The notes under the pieces are model-generated. The model did no database searches and was not told the DNA's origin. It saw only the letters and a program-made list of their open reading frames with translations. From Patescibacteria group bacterium (GTDB lineage: Bacteria; Patescibacteriota; Patescibacteriia; UBA10025; JAHIVO01): a stretch of 64,000 nucleotides of DNA. Within the stretch, counting starts at the first letter, position 1, and each line of letters starts with the position of its first letter. The position numbers and the translations under genes were made by a program. Positions 1 through 9,800 of the stretch are shown piece by piece. The DNA lies in contig JBAZKE010000005.1 of assembly GCA_041650915.1 (NCBI GenBank), forward strand, positions 11,310 through 75,309, written 5' to 3'.

Positions 1-464
1 TCCGTGAAGAAGTGCAGGCAGATTCGCTTTACCTTCATATGCCGGAACAGCGTCAGGAGAGCGAGGAGATGGTCAGGATCTGCGTGCGCAGACTGCTCCG
101 AGGTGATGAGCCCCATGAGGTGCAGCGTTGAATGGTACTTTTTTACGTGCTGTACCGCCGTATCGAAAGCCGGATTTTTAAAAAAGCTGCCCTCGTTAAT
201 TGATTTTGAAATGACCACGGAATCTTGTTCAATGACCCTCCCGGCGCCGATATTCATATGGCCCGCTTCGGAGTTGCCATCCTGGCTCGGAGGGAGCCCG
301 ACGTCTTTTCCTGACGCACCCAGCAATGAATGCGGGTAATTGTCCCACAGCATATCCATCACCGGCGTCGAACCGAGGGCGATAGCATTTCCCCTTGTTT
401 CATCCCATATCCCCCACCCGTCGAGAATCGCAAGGACAACCTGTTTCGTTCTTTTGACAGCCAT
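1..464 (-). CDS. gpmI: 2,3-bisphosphoglycerate-independent phosphoglycerate mutase (5' part, runs off window)
   Basis: Own translation of minus strand from ATG at 464: MAVKRTKQVVLAILDGWG...GNAI...GNSEAGHMNIGAGR, iPGM motifs; adjacent to eno. Confidence 0.93.
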   Translation of the reverse strand, partial: MAVKRTKQVVLAILDGWGIWDETRGNAIALGSTPVMDMLWDNYPHSLLGASGKDVGLPPSQDGNSEAGHMNIGAGRVIEQDSVVISKSINEGSFFKNPAFDTAVQHVKKYHSTLHLMGLITSEQSAHADPDHLLALLTLFRHMKVKRICLHFFT

Positions 465-468
465 GTTA

Positions 469-1740
469 CTACTTTCCATTAACTTCTTCCTCGATTTCAA
501 CCAAGCGGTTGTACTTCCCCGTCCGTTCCCCCCTGACTGGCCCTACCTTGATATACTCAGCGTTCACCGCAGCTGCAACATCCACCATAAAGGTGTCATT
601 GGTTTCACCCCCGCCGCGGTGCGACACAATTTGCCAAAAATCATGGTCTTGCCCGAGTTTGATCGCCTGCATCGTTTCGGTGAGTGAACCGATCTGGTTG
701 AGCTTGATCAGCACTGCATTGATGGTTTTACAGTCGATTGCTTTCTGGATGCGCTCGATATTGGTCACGGTCAGGTCATCACCGACAATCCTCGTTTTAC
801 TGCCGCACTGGCGATACAGCTCAGCCCAGCCGCTCCAATCGTCTTGCGCAAGGCAATCTTCGAGGCTGATAATTGGGTACTTAGACAGCCAGTCGTTAAA
901 TAAGCCAACCATCTGATCGGATGAAAGGCCGGTCCCCTCCCGTTTGAGAACATACTTTTTAGAATCAGCATCGAACAGCTCGGACGTTGCAGGATCGAGC
1001 GAAACTGAAATATCTTTTCCGGGCACGTACCCCGCCTTCACGATGGCTTCGACGAGCAGCTTGAGCGGCTCCTCATTCGACAGGATGCCCTCGGGCGCGA
1101 AGGCGCCCTCGTTGCCGACGTTCGTATTAAGCCCGCGCTTCTTGAGAATCGACTTCAACGCAACGTACGCTTCTTCCCCCCACCGGACCGCCTCACGGGC
1201 AGTCGGTGCGCCTGAAACGCTCAGCAGGTATTCCTGAAAATCAGTAGAATTATCGGCGTGAGCGCCGCCCTCGATGACAACCATCATCGGACGCGGCAGC
1301 ACGTACTTTTTGTGGGAAACCTTATACGTCTTCCTGATGTACTCGTAGAGCGGCACGCCGGATGCCAGGGCGCCGGCACGGGCGCACGCGAGCGAAACGG
1401 CGAGAATGCTGTTACCGCCGAGTTTACTTTTGTTTTGGGTGCCATCGAGCTCAATCATCGCCCGGTCGATCTTTTCTTGCGCCGTTGCATCCATACCGGC
1501 AATCTTCGGTGCAATACTATCGTTAACATTTTTACACGCTTTCAGCATGCCCTTGCCATTGAAGCGCTTCTGGTCACCGTCATTCAGCGTCAGCGCCTCG
1601 TGGATCCCTGCAGAAACGCCGTATGGCACGGAAGCGCTGCCCGTCGTGCCGTCCGCGAGCTCGACAATAACTTCTACGGTTGGCGCCCCGCCGGAAGCGA
1701 GAATTTCACGTGCTCTGATGCTTGATATTTTTTTTGGCAT
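469..1740 (-). CDS. eno: Enolase (divergent)
   Basis: PTVEV, GGAHADN, DFQE, VGDDLTVTN, LIKLNQIGSLTE, SHR, KYNRL motifs; between pgk and gpmI. Confidence 0.93.
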   Translation of the reverse strand: MPKKISSIRAREILASGGAPTVEVIVELADGTTGSASVPYGVSAGIHEALTLNDGDQKRFNGKGMLKACKNVNDSIAPKIAGMDATAQEKIDRAMIELDGTQNKSKLGGNSILAVSLACARAGALASGVPLYEYIRKTYKVSHKKYVLPRPMMVVIEGGAHADNSTDFQEYLLSVSGAPTAREAVRWGEEAYVALKSILKKRGLNTNVGNEGAFAPEGILSNEEPLKLLVEAIVKAGYVPGKDISVSLDPATSELFDADSKKYVLKREGTGLSSDQMVGLFNDWLSKYPIISLEDCLAQDDWSGWAELYRQCGSKTRIVGDDLTVTNIERIQKAIDCKTINAVLIKLNQIGSLTETMQAIKLGQDHDFWQIVSHRGGGETNDTFMVDVAAAVNAEYIKVGPVRGERTGKYNRLVEIEEEVNGK

Positions 1741-1741
1741 T

Positions 1742-2923
1742 TTATTCCTTGATAAGTGGCTTAAGCGCTGGCAATAGTTCCCCCTCGAGCAGTTTCAGCA
1801 TTGCACCGCCGCCGGTCGATGCAAACGAAACCTGGCCTGCACACCCCGACCGCTGGAGCGCATCGAGGGAATCTCCTCCGCCGACGATGCTGGTCCCCGC
1901 CGAGGCGCAAACGCGCCGCGCGATTTCCCGCGTGCCCCGCGCAAACTCCTCAATCTCGAAATATCCCATCGGGCCCCCCCACACGATCGTATTGGCCTTG
2001 GCGATGATCTTCCCGTACATATCGATTGTATCCGGCCCGATGTCGAGTATATACTCGTCATCCTGCACGCTGCCCGCAGCCTTCGTAACGGTCTGCACGC
2101 CCGATGCGATTTCCTTCGCCGTCACGACATCAACCGGTATGTGGAAGTGCGTGTCAACGAGAGCGAGCTCCTTCGCAACGTCCATCATTTCCGCCTCGAA
2201 AATCGATTTCCCGATCGCCAACCCCTTCGCCTTGAGAAGGTTATTCGCCAACGCTCCGCCTATGAGGACATGGTCAGCGACTTCCAGAAACTTTTTAATG
2301 ACCTTAATCTTATCGGAAATTTTTGCGCCGCCGACAATCGCGACAAAGGGGCGGACCGGGTCAGCGATGACATGGGTCAACGTATCAAACTCCTCCTGGA
2401 GGCGAAAGCCCGCCGCCGACGGAAGGAATTCAGTTACCCCGAGCATTGATGCGTCGGCCCGGTGGCTCGCACCGAACGCTTCATTGACGTACACATCCGC
2501 CACCGAAGCCAGTTCTTTGGCAAAAGCTCGATCACCCTTCTTTTCCTCTTCGTGAAATCTCAAGTTTTCAAGGAGGACCACATCTCCGTTCTTCATTTTT
2601 TCAACCGCCGAACGCACGTCTTTTCCGATGCAGTCATCGAGCTTCCTGACTGGCTTTCCCAGCAGCTCGGAAATCCTGACGCCGACGGGATCCAGCTTAA
2701 GCCCGGCAATTACCTTGCCTTTTGGCCTCCCGAGGTGTGCGCACAGAATAACCTTCGCGCCCTGATTTACGAGGTACTGAATGGTAGGCATGCATACGGT
2801 AATGCGCTTATCGTCCGTGATCGCACCGCTATCATCTAAGGGAACGTTAAACTCGCACCGTACGAGCGTTCGCTTGCCCGTCAGCGCCATCTCTTTCACC
2901 GTTTTTAATTTCATATATATCAC
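1742..2923 (-). CDS. pgk: Phosphoglycerate kinase
   Basis: FNVPL, HLGRPKG, LLENLRF, AFGASHR, GGAKISDK, STGGGA motifs. Confidence 0.97.
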   Translation of the reverse strand: MIYMKLKTVKEMALTGKRTLVRCEFNVPLDDSGAITDDKRITVCMPTIQYLVNQGAKVILCAHLGRPKGKVIAGLKLDPVGVRISELLGKPVRKLDDCIGKDVRSAVEKMKNGDVVLLENLRFHEEEKKGDRAFAKELASVADVYVNEAFGASHRADASMLGVTEFLPSAAGFRLQEEFDTLTHVIADPVRPFVAIVGGAKISDKIKVIKKFLEVADHVLIGGALANNLLKAKGLAIGKSIFEAEMMDVAKELALVDTHFHIPVDVVTAKEIASGVQTVTKAAGSVQDDEYILDIGPDTIDMYGKIIAKANTIVWGGPMGYFEIEEFARGTREIARRVCASAGTSIVGGGDSLDALQRSGCAGQVSFASTGGGAMLKLLEGELLPALKPLIKE

Positions 2924-3020
2924 GATAAAAGTAATTTACAGGTACTGCTCATTATAACACTTTTTTCAACTTATTACAATAATGATAACACATTCTTTTT
3001 CGTGCAATTCGGATTATTTT

Positions 3021-3281
3021 CTAGGTTTGCGCGCCCCGCACTTCTATGACGCTCAGCTCCCTTCCGGTCCCCTTTTGGATGACGAGATCCGCCCCTTCAG
3101 CAATCGTATTTTTTGAGATGAGCCCGAAGTTAAAGCGGAGATTTTCCGGTGATAGTTCCTCATTGTGCTCAACAATTTTTCCAAGCCGAATGATGACCTG
3201 AGTAATCTTCGTGAGCTTATTCTTCTCTGCCGTTTGGACAGCGGCTCTCACAATGTCCTGCGCTGCAAGTAAATCATGCAT
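3021..3281 (-). CDS. hypA: HypA-like nickel metallochaperone, short, lacking Zn-binding CxxC motifs
   Basis: MHD N-terminus, LGKIV..L.P.NL.F.F, T.AEGA.L, GREL; next to hydrogenase large subunit. Confidence 0.8.
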   Translation of the reverse strand: MHDLLAAQDIVRAAVQTAEKNKLTKITQVIIRLGKIVEHNEELSPENLRFNFGLISKNTIAEGADLVIQKGTGRELSVIEVRGAQT

Positions 3282-3385
3282 ACCATGAAGTGAAAACTAT
3301 GCCGAGTTAATATACGAGGCGGCCAGGTGGCTCAACACGCAATGAAGGAAAGAAACTCCACAAAAACAGCCCGGATTCTTTCAGA

Positions 3386-4642
3386 TTAATGCGTCGCACA
3401 GGTCATGCACGGATCATAGGCGCGAATCAACATGCCAAGCTTACGTTCGTCAGCCGCGGAAAAACTCTTTTTTGAACCGATATACTGCACAAGGTCGTGT
3501 TCGAGATTATTGATCATTTGCGCGGTCGGCGTAATGATATTCACGTTCTTCAGCTTCCCGAGTTTGTTCGTCTCGTAGTAGTGGAGCAAGATGCCGCGCG
3601 GCGCTTCAATCGCACCCGTGCCCTTTCCCGGACGTACCGAATATCGAACCATCGGTTTGACGTTTTTCATCCCGAGGTACTGCCGGAGCAGTTTTTGCGC
3701 TTCCTCAATGCAGTGGATAAGCTCAATTCCCTGGCACAGGACGTTGAAAAACGAATTGTCGATCGGCAGTTTGACATTCACGCTTCTGAGCGCCTGTTTG
3801 GCAATCGGATTAAGCTGTTGCCAATTATTATTTATGCGCGCGAGCGCCCCGACAAAGTACGGCTTGTTCTTATGCGTTGTCCGTTTGACGTAGTCATCGG
3901 GCGAATGAAGCTCACGGATCGACTGCATAAATGCGGCGGGGGTTTGCTTCAAACCCTTGTTCGATGCGACCGTACCGTCGTAGATCGCATATTCATGGGC
4001 TGAGCTGAGGCAAATATTTTCAGTCGGGCGGTGGAAGTCGGTAAACCTGAGATGCGACATGAAATGGGCGAGCTCGAGCGTTTGCTGCACAATGGCCTGG
4101 CTCCCGTCGAGCAGCTTCTTCATTTCGGCGGCATCCGGCAGCTTGAGAAATCCGCCGACTTGTGAATTGACCGGGTGCAGGGGCCTTCCGCCAATCACGT
4201 GCGTTATTCTGTTCCCGAATTCCCTGATCTCAAGCGCAGCAGCGGTATACTTCGGGGCAATCGATACGAGGTCAAGCGCGGAATCCTTGCCGTAAAAATC
4301 GGGAATGCACATAAAGTACGCGTGCACGCCGTGGCTCGTTACCGTCTGACCGAGCATCATCAGCTTCCGGAGCAAAACCGTGCTCGGCGCGACCTGTATT
4401 TCCATTCCATCCTCGAGGGCTTTAATTGCCGTCAGGTTGTGGACGATCGGGCAGACGCCGCAGATGCGTGAGGTCACGAGCGGCGCGTCCATGTAGTCCC
4501 GCCCGACGAGCACCCCCTCGATAAGGCGGGCTCCCTCGAGCGTACGATACCGCGCTTCTCCCACATTGCCTTTCTTGAGCGCGCCCCAGAATGTCGCGTG
4601 CCCTTCTATTCTCGTAATATGCTTTATGGATACCGTTTTCAT
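3386..4642 (-). CDS. NiFe hydrogenase large (alpha) subunit, group 3b-like
   Basis: TRIEGH, L1 RICGVC, EAPRG, L2 DPCMTCATH at extreme C-terminus; start taken at MKTVSIKH. Confidence 0.95.
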   Translation of the reverse strand: MKTVSIKHITRIEGHATFWGALKKGNVGEARYRTLEGARLIEGVLVGRDYMDAPLVTSRICGVCPIVHNLTAIKALEDGMEIQVAPSTVLLRKLMMLGQTVTSHGVHAYFMCIPDFYGKDSALDLVSIAPKYTAAALEIREFGNRITHVIGGRPLHPVNSQVGGFLKLPDAAEMKKLLDGSQAIVQQTLELAHFMSHLRFTDFHRPTENICLSSAHEYAIYDGTVASNKGLKQTPAAFMQSIRELHSPDDYVKRTTHKNKPYFVGALARINNNWQQLNPIAKQALRSVNVKLPIDNSFFNVLCQGIELIHCIEEAQKLLRQYLGMKNVKPMVRYSVRPGKGTGAIEAPRGILLHYYETNKLGKLKNVNIITPTAQMINNLEHDLVQYIGSKKSFSAADERKLGMLIRAYDPCMTCATH

Positions 4643-4646
4643 ATAG

Positions 4647-5447
4647 TTACTTTTGTGCTTCATACCAATCTTCCTGGATGCCGAATATCTGCAGTATGCT
4701 GTTGAGCTCTTCCCTGGTATGGTTTTCGAGGATCTGCCGTTCGAGCTGCTTCGTGGAGTAGCCGGGAATCATCCCCCTGCATCCCTTGCAGAAAAATTTT
4801 GAGTTGAGGCATACCGCGTCGCACCCGCCGCGGGTGACCGGGCCGAGGCACGGTTCGCCCTTCTGCAGCACGCATTCATTGCCGTTCAGCTGGCACTCGT
4901 AGCAAACCGGATTCTCGAGAAGCTTGGGGCTGATGCCTTCCCTGACTGCATTGAGTATTGCGATGATATCCCTGCCGTCAGGCGGGCATCCGGGCAGCTC
5001 GAGATCAACTTTTACAAAATGCTTGAGCGGCCGGATGTCGGGATTGAAAACTTTCGTGTGGGTCTGCGGATACACGTAACGCACTGCCCGCTCCTTATCA
5101 ATGTGGTTTTTGATATTGGGAATAACGCCGTGGCACGCGCACGCGCCGAACGATACGAGGACTTTCGTACGCTTTCGCGCCGCCTTGAGATTCGCGATGT
5201 TCTGCTTGGTCAGCGGCGCGCCCTCGACGAACGTCACGTCATACGGCTCATTATTTTTTTCGTCCATGATGAGAAAAAAATCGCCGAGCTCAAAGTGGTC
5301 GACCGCGCCGATAAATTCCGCTCCCATGTCGATTGCGGATACCGAGCAACCGTCGCACGAGGTCAGCCCTACGATCGCTATGCGCAGTTTTTTTCGGGGC
5401 GGCGGTGTCCCTTGTTTTTTCTGAGCTTTCTTCATACGTTCGTACAC
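4647..5447 (-). CDS. NiFe hydrogenase small (delta) subunit
   Basis: LTSCDGC, FVEG, FGACAC, LPGCPP, VCYEC, CLGPVTRGGCDAVC, CKGCRG Fe-S motifs. Confidence 0.93.
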   Translation of the reverse strand: MYERMKKAQKKQGTPPPRKKLRIAIVGLTSCDGCSVSAIDMGAEFIGAVDHFELGDFFLIMDEKNNEPYDVTFVEGAPLTKQNIANLKAARKRTKVLVSFGACACHGVIPNIKNHIDKERAVRYVYPQTHTKVFNPDIRPLKHFVKVDLELPGCPPDGRDIIAILNAVREGISPKLLENPVCYECQLNGNECVLQKGEPCLGPVTRGGCDAVCLNSKFFCKGCRGMIPGYSTKQLERQILENHTREELNSILQIFGIQEDWYEAQK

Positions 5448-5450
5448 TTA

Positions 5451-6716
5451 CTACCTGGGCAAAAAGTCAGCCTGGCGTTCAGGATCGCAAATGCTCATCG
5501 TGACATCCAACATGAAATCGCAAATCAATGACGTTTCACCAGTGCGGCCCATGAGTTCTTCGGTGCGTGAACAGTGGCCCGTATACTCCTCGTGCAAATC
5601 GACCTGCTCTTTCTCGTTGAGCACCCCGTCGATCACGAGCTCTGAACCGCGTTTCCACTCTCTGCAGAGGCTTACAGCATCAACCGTGCTGCTGACAGAT
5701 TCTGCAATAAGCTTCTCGCAGAAGTCCAAAAAAATCTCCCCGGTCATCACACTGCTCCCATGTGGATCGTAGCACGCTACAATTTCATCGTAATCACTGT
5801 GCCCGTCATCGTCCGTATCCGACGTACTGGCATCGAGTCCAAACCAGGTTTCGACGCGGTCATCAAGCTTATCATCATCCTTATCGACGGCTGCAGCCGG
5901 TATGCCGCCGGCATTAACATTCACCGCAGTGTTTGTATTTGTCGTACCGCTGTTTTTTCCGGCCAATGGATGGTATATGTGCGCATCAGCCGAATCGCTG
6001 CTCTCGGCATCCGATGCATTGACGTTTGCGGGCGTATCACTGCTTTCCGGCTCTTGTTCCGGGCTGAGCTCATCGCTGCTCATGATCACGAATCCGCCGG
6101 CGTACAGCTCAGTGACCTCCGCGATGACCTGCCTGCTCGTAATATCATACGTGCTGTCGAGCCCGACAAACCGGCTAAGATCCTCATCCCAGAATGCGAT
6201 CACAAAGTTTTTTTCCTCGTGCCGCGCTCCGTTGATGATGCCGACCTTTTCAAGGCCGTTGCTCGTATAAGCCATCATAAGCATGGCCGGTTTCTTGAGC
6301 TGGAGCCCCTTCGGTTCAAAATCTACCGTACACCCGATATCCCCGCGGTATACGGCGATGGTGATCTCAACGCCGGGATCAATCGCGTCTTCAGGCACGT
6401 CAATGCGAGCCCCGCCGTACGTCGTCACATTTTCTTCGTCAGTGCACGTTTTCGCGATCGTAATCACCCGGGTTGATCCGGCATTCGTACCGGCTGTACC
6501 CCCGCTGAAAATATCCCCAACTGCCGCATTCTGGTTCTCGTCGGTAACCTCAACCCCCCACACGAGATAGGCAGCGGCACCGATAATCACGATCAGTAGG
6601 ATCGCGATTACCATAATGAAGAGCGTATTCGAGCGCGGCGGCAATGCTGACGGCTGTTGGCCAATTTTTTTCCGGCTGCTGTTTTTTTCCGGCTGCGGAG
6701 TCATAGTGAATATCAA
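5451..6716 (-). CDS. Membrane-anchored protein with ZU5-like region, DxDxDG calcium-binding (TSP3-like) repeats and Cys-rich C-terminal domain
   Basis: N-terminal TM; RIDVPEDAID...FEPKGLQLKKPA; DKDDDKLDD, DTDDDGHSDYDEI. Confidence 0.6.
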   Translation of the reverse strand: MIFTMTPQPEKNSSRKKIGQQPSALPPRSNTLFIMVIAILLIVIIGAAAYLVWGVEVTDENQNAAVGDIFSGGTAGTNAGSTRVITIAKTCTDEENVTTYGGARIDVPEDAIDPGVEITIAVYRGDIGCTVDFEPKGLQLKKPAMLMMAYTSNGLEKVGIINGARHEEKNFVIAFWDEDLSRFVGLDSTYDITSRQVIAEVTELYAGGFVIMSSDELSPEQEPESSDTPANVNASDAESSDSADAHIYHPLAGKNSGTTNTNTAVNVNAGGIPAAAVDKDDDKLDDRVETWFGLDASTSDTDDDGHSDYDEIVACYDPHGSSVMTGEIFLDFCEKLIAESVSSTVDAVSLCREWKRGSELVIDGVLNEKEQVDLHEEYTGHCSRTEELMGRTGETSLICDFMLDVTMSICDPERQADFLPR

Positions 6717-6727
6717 ATAATTTTTTA

Positions 6728-7465
6728 TTACAAACCTAGCTGGTCAAAATACAGGTTGAGCCGCTCCACATCGCATATATTGAAAGCTGCGTTCGAGAGC
6801 ACGTAACAAACCGAATCCAGGTCGAAGCCTTCGCTCGCAAACTCGGCTGACTGTTCACACAGCGCGTTAAATGCCGCGTCGTATGTCGATATTACCTCAC
6901 GGGGATCATCACCTCGCAGATGGGCATCAATTGCCCGCTCGGCGAGCGGCCACCATACCGCGCACGGCTCCTCAAGCCCGCCCTCGTACGTAAACTCATA
7001 CGACTCGAGGAACGCAGCACAGTAAGACACAAACTGCTCTTCAGTCACGTCTCCTTCGCCGTTGGGGTTCGTGCAGGCGTTGATCTCAAAATAATCTGAC
7101 GTGCCGTCTTCGTCCGAATCCTGGCTGTCCGTACTGGTGCCAAACCACGCCTCGACTTCATCGAGCAGCTTATCTTCGTCACTGTCTGGCGGGCTGGCAA
7201 ACGCAATGCGGTCCGGGTCGAAAAAACCTTCGGATTCGGCGATCTCACTCACCGTCTGCGGCAGGGTTTCATTGCCGGCTGCCGGTTGCCCGTCAGCATC
7301 CGTGCCGATCACGCTTACTGAAAAATTGCTGAAATAAAAAGCAAATCCAGCCCCCACAATACCAAGCAGCACGGCTCCGGTAACGATTACCGACAGCAGG
7401 CTGCGGCTCCGGATCTTCGTTTCCGGTTCTGGTTCAAGTGAGTATCGCTTATCGTTTCCTAGCAT
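6728..7465 (-). CDS. Membrane-anchored TSP3-like repeat protein, paralog of the C-terminal part of 5451-6716
   Basis: N-terminal TM; DSDEDKLLDEVEAWFG...DSDEDGTSDYFEI..C.NP.G; similar Cys pattern. Confidence 0.6.
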   Translation of the reverse strand: MLGNDKRYSLEPEPETKIRSRSLLSVIVTGAVLLGIVGAGFAFYFSNFSVSVIGTDADGQPAAGNETLPQTVSEIAESEGFFDPDRIAFASPPDSDEDKLLDEVEAWFGTSTDSQDSDEDGTSDYFEINACTNPNGEGDVTEEQFVSYCAAFLESYEFTYEGGLEEPCAVWWPLAERAIDAHLRGDDPREVISTYDAAFNALCEQSAEFASEGFDLDSVCYVLSNAAFNICDVERLNLYFDQLGL

Positions 7466-7686
7466 AGGCTCGAATGATTACGGATACCCACAAAAGTTTT
7501 TAAAGTATCCGCCGCTTCTTCTTGTGTGAGTTTGCTGACCGCGAAATGGTTTTCATTGACCACGTAATCGCCTTCCTTCACGCCCGGAACAAGCCGGATA
7601 TCGAGCGTGTGCGTTTTTTTGCCGCACGCAACGGTAGCGGTCGTACCGTCGATGCTGATAATCTTATGCGGAATAGTGAGGCACAT
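7459..7686 (-). CDS. hypC: HypC/HybG/HupF family hydrogenase chaperone
   Basis: MCLTIP N-terminus, VKEGDYV, EEA. Confidence 0.88.
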   Translation of the reverse strand: MCLTIPHKIISIDGTTATVACGKKTHTLDIRLVPGVKEGDYVVNENHFAVSKLTQEEAADTLKTFVGIRNHSSLC

Positions 7687-7689
7687 ACG

Positions 7690-8505
7690 CTAGCTTGAAA
7701 ATAATACCGTATCTTTTTTTTGGAGTGGGGCTATAACGCCTTTCAAATCCTCGTCAGTCCACAGCTTTTGGAAATTGAAATCCCGCTCTGACTGCCCAAG
7801 TATCTTGCCGGCCATATCCGTTTTGAAAAAAGATTCCTTGGCGTAGTCAATTGGCTGCCTGCTCCCGAGCACCTGCTTCATTGTCTTCTGGATAAACGAT
7901 TTCCGCTGCTGCTCGCGGGCGAGCCGCCTGGCAAAGGTTTTCAACCTTTCGCTGCCAGCGGCCGCGACGACCACGCCGAAGTGGTGGAACACCGTCTGCT
8001 CCTTGGCGGCCTGCAGACCGGGAGGCACGAGTACGTGTGAAAAGTGCACCGCCCCGCCAGCGAGAACGACCTCCAGTTCAACGAGCTGCCGCTGGCCGAC
8101 GCGCTGTGCATGGGTTACCGTGCCGGTGGTGAGCACGTGCGCGAGCGCATACGCAGGCGGCATTCCGATTAACTCGGCATTTTCTTCAACGGCATCGGCA
8201 TGGTCGAGCGCAAAACATTCCAGTAAATGGGCTGCCGAAATCTCCGTAATGCCCGTACGCTGGGCGAACGACGCGACCTGCGATGGGAATGCCGTGATAA
8301 TGTGCGGAGAAATCGCTGAGAGCGGCACCGGTACGCCGGTTGCGAACGTCGCGAGGTTGATGTCAGACTTGCATCCGGGATGGATAAATAAATGAACGAG
8401 TATGCGCACTGCTTCCGGCTCGAGCACGATCGTTTCAAAATCCGGATGCGCGAGGCGGCGTGCTTTTTCTAGGTTTATAATAATGTTACGTTGTTGTTTT
8501 TTCAC
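7690..8505 (-). CDS. Hypothetical protein in hydrogenase cluster (possible HypC-like OB-fold segment, VFHHFG)
   Basis: Long ORF in the operon strand; likely GTG start at 8505, just downstream of the palindrome. Confidence 0.55.
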   Translation of the reverse strand: MKKQQRNIIINLEKARRLAHPDFETIVLEPEAVRILVHLFIHPGCKSDINLATFATGVPVPLSAISPHIITAFPSQVASFAQRTGITEISAAHLLECFALDHADAVEENAELIGMPPAYALAHVLTTGTVTHAQRVGQRQLVELEVVLAGGAVHFSHVLVPPGLQAAKEQTVFHHFGVVVAAAGSERLKTFARRLAREQQRKSFIQKTMKQVLGSRQPIDYAKESFFKTDMAGKILGQSERDFNFQKLWTDEDLKGVIAPLQKKDTVLFSS

Positions 8506-8530
8506 TCTAACATTCTTAAGAATGTTCCTA
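8506..8530. promoter_or_regulatory. Palindromic putative operator AACATTCTTAAGAATGTT (copy 1)
   Basis: Perfect 18-bp palindrome 8509-8526 within a 25-bp repeat also found at 8827-8851. Confidence 0.6.
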
Positions 8531-8540
8531 CGAGAGCATG

Positions 8541-8816
8541 TCACCCACTCTCACTAATTTGTCGAAATATTCCAGAACCTTTAAATGATTTCGTCAACTT
8601 GTAATAATTGAATTTTCCTTTCCGCTCTTTTTCAAGAATACCTTCGCGCTCCATCTTTAGTAAATGAAAAGATCCAGCTTTAAATGAAATCTTTAACTTC
8701 GAGCTGATATCGACAACTGACCGAGAATCCTTTGCGAGTAGTTTTATGATTACCATCCTCCGCTCATTGGAGAGTGCCTTGAAAACGTGCGCTAACCTTT
8801 TAGTAGAGTATACCAT
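8541..8816 (-). CDS. ArsR/SmtB family transcriptional regulator
   Basis: FKALSNERR..I...L, S.HL..M...GIL...RKG...YY. Confidence 0.9.
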   Translation of the reverse strand: MVYSTKRLAHVFKALSNERRMVIIKLLAKDSRSVVDISSKLKISFKAGSFHLLKMEREGILEKERKGKFNYYKLTKSFKGSGIFRQISESG

Positions 8817-8826
8817 TTTTTTTTAT

Positions 8827-8851
8827 TCTAACATTCTAAAGAATGTTCCTA
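8827..8851. promoter_or_regulatory. Palindromic putative operator AACATTCTAAAGAATGTT (copy 2), upstream of the ArsR gene
   Basis: 25-bp repeat with one mismatch to 8506-8530. Confidence 0.6.
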
Positions 8852-9754
8852 TATCGGTCTTTTTAACTTTAGCATATTACGGAACGATTCCAAACCAACG
8901 ACAAGTACGATACCAATAATCAACACACCTACGCCTCCAATCTTTTGCGGGGACCATGTAACGCCCTCAGTTGCAACGAACGCTATCAAGCTGGTAATGG
9001 GCGCACCGAGCGCGAGTACTGACGTGGCAACAGACGCCCGCGTGTATTTCAATCCATGGTAAAAAGTATAAACATACCCTAATAACAATACGGAAGTAAT
9101 CGCAACCCACTTCCACTGCTCAGGATTATAAGCAAACAAGGAACCCAGCTGGTCCGTCAACATCAGAAATACAGCGATGAACGCCGCACCGAAAAACATA
9201 CGTCCCCAGGCAACGATTCGCGGCGAGAGCGTCGCAAGCAAACGCTTAGAAAGAATGATTTCTACTGCCCACAAAAGCGTGGCGCCCAAAATCAGCACAT
9301 CACCCCATGATACTGTCTGCACCTGGATATCGAGAAACAGGAAGTTGCCGAGCAGGAGCGCACCGAGGCCGAGTAGTACGCTCTTGTTCAGCTTTTCTTT
9401 AAGAAAAATAATCGCCAGAAAGCTGACGTAGATAAACAGCGTCTTATGGATAAACCCACCCTGTGCAGCTGACGTCATTGACAGACCCTTGAAAAACAGA
9501 AGGAACGGTACTGCGCCGCCAACCAATCCAATAAGTCCCAATCTAAGCCAGTCTTTTTTCTTGAGCTGTTTAATTCCCTGCCACTCCTTCATCAAAAGCA
9601 TGAACAACAGCAACCCCAGGCCAACAAGCAGATTCTTCATACCGGTAAATACGTACGGATTCGCGAACTTCACGCCCATACCGTTTACGTATATCGAAAC
9701 GCCCGAGATAAGCGCGGTTGCGAGTACGAACAGTATGCCTTTTCGTTCATTCAT
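8849..9754 (-). CDS. DMT/EamA family transporter
   Basis: ~10 TM segments in two EamA-like halves. Confidence 0.88.
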   Translation of the reverse strand: MNERKGILFVLATALISGVSIYVNGMGVKFANPYVFTGMKNLLVGLGLLLFMLLMKEWQGIKQLKKKDWLRLGLIGLVGGAVPFLLFFKGLSMTSAAQGGFIHKTLFIYVSFLAIIFLKEKLNKSVLLGLGALLLGNFLFLDIQVQTVSWGDVLILGATLLWAVEIILSKRLLATLSPRIVAWGRMFFGAAFIAVFLMLTDQLGSLFAYNPEQWKWVAITSVLLLGYVYTFYHGLKYTRASVATSVLALGAPITSLIAFVATEGVTWSPQKIGGVGVLIIGIVLVVGLESFRNMLKLKRPI

Positions 9755-9800
9755 AATGTTATCCTCATTCTGAACTTGTTTCAGAATCTAACCAATATAA

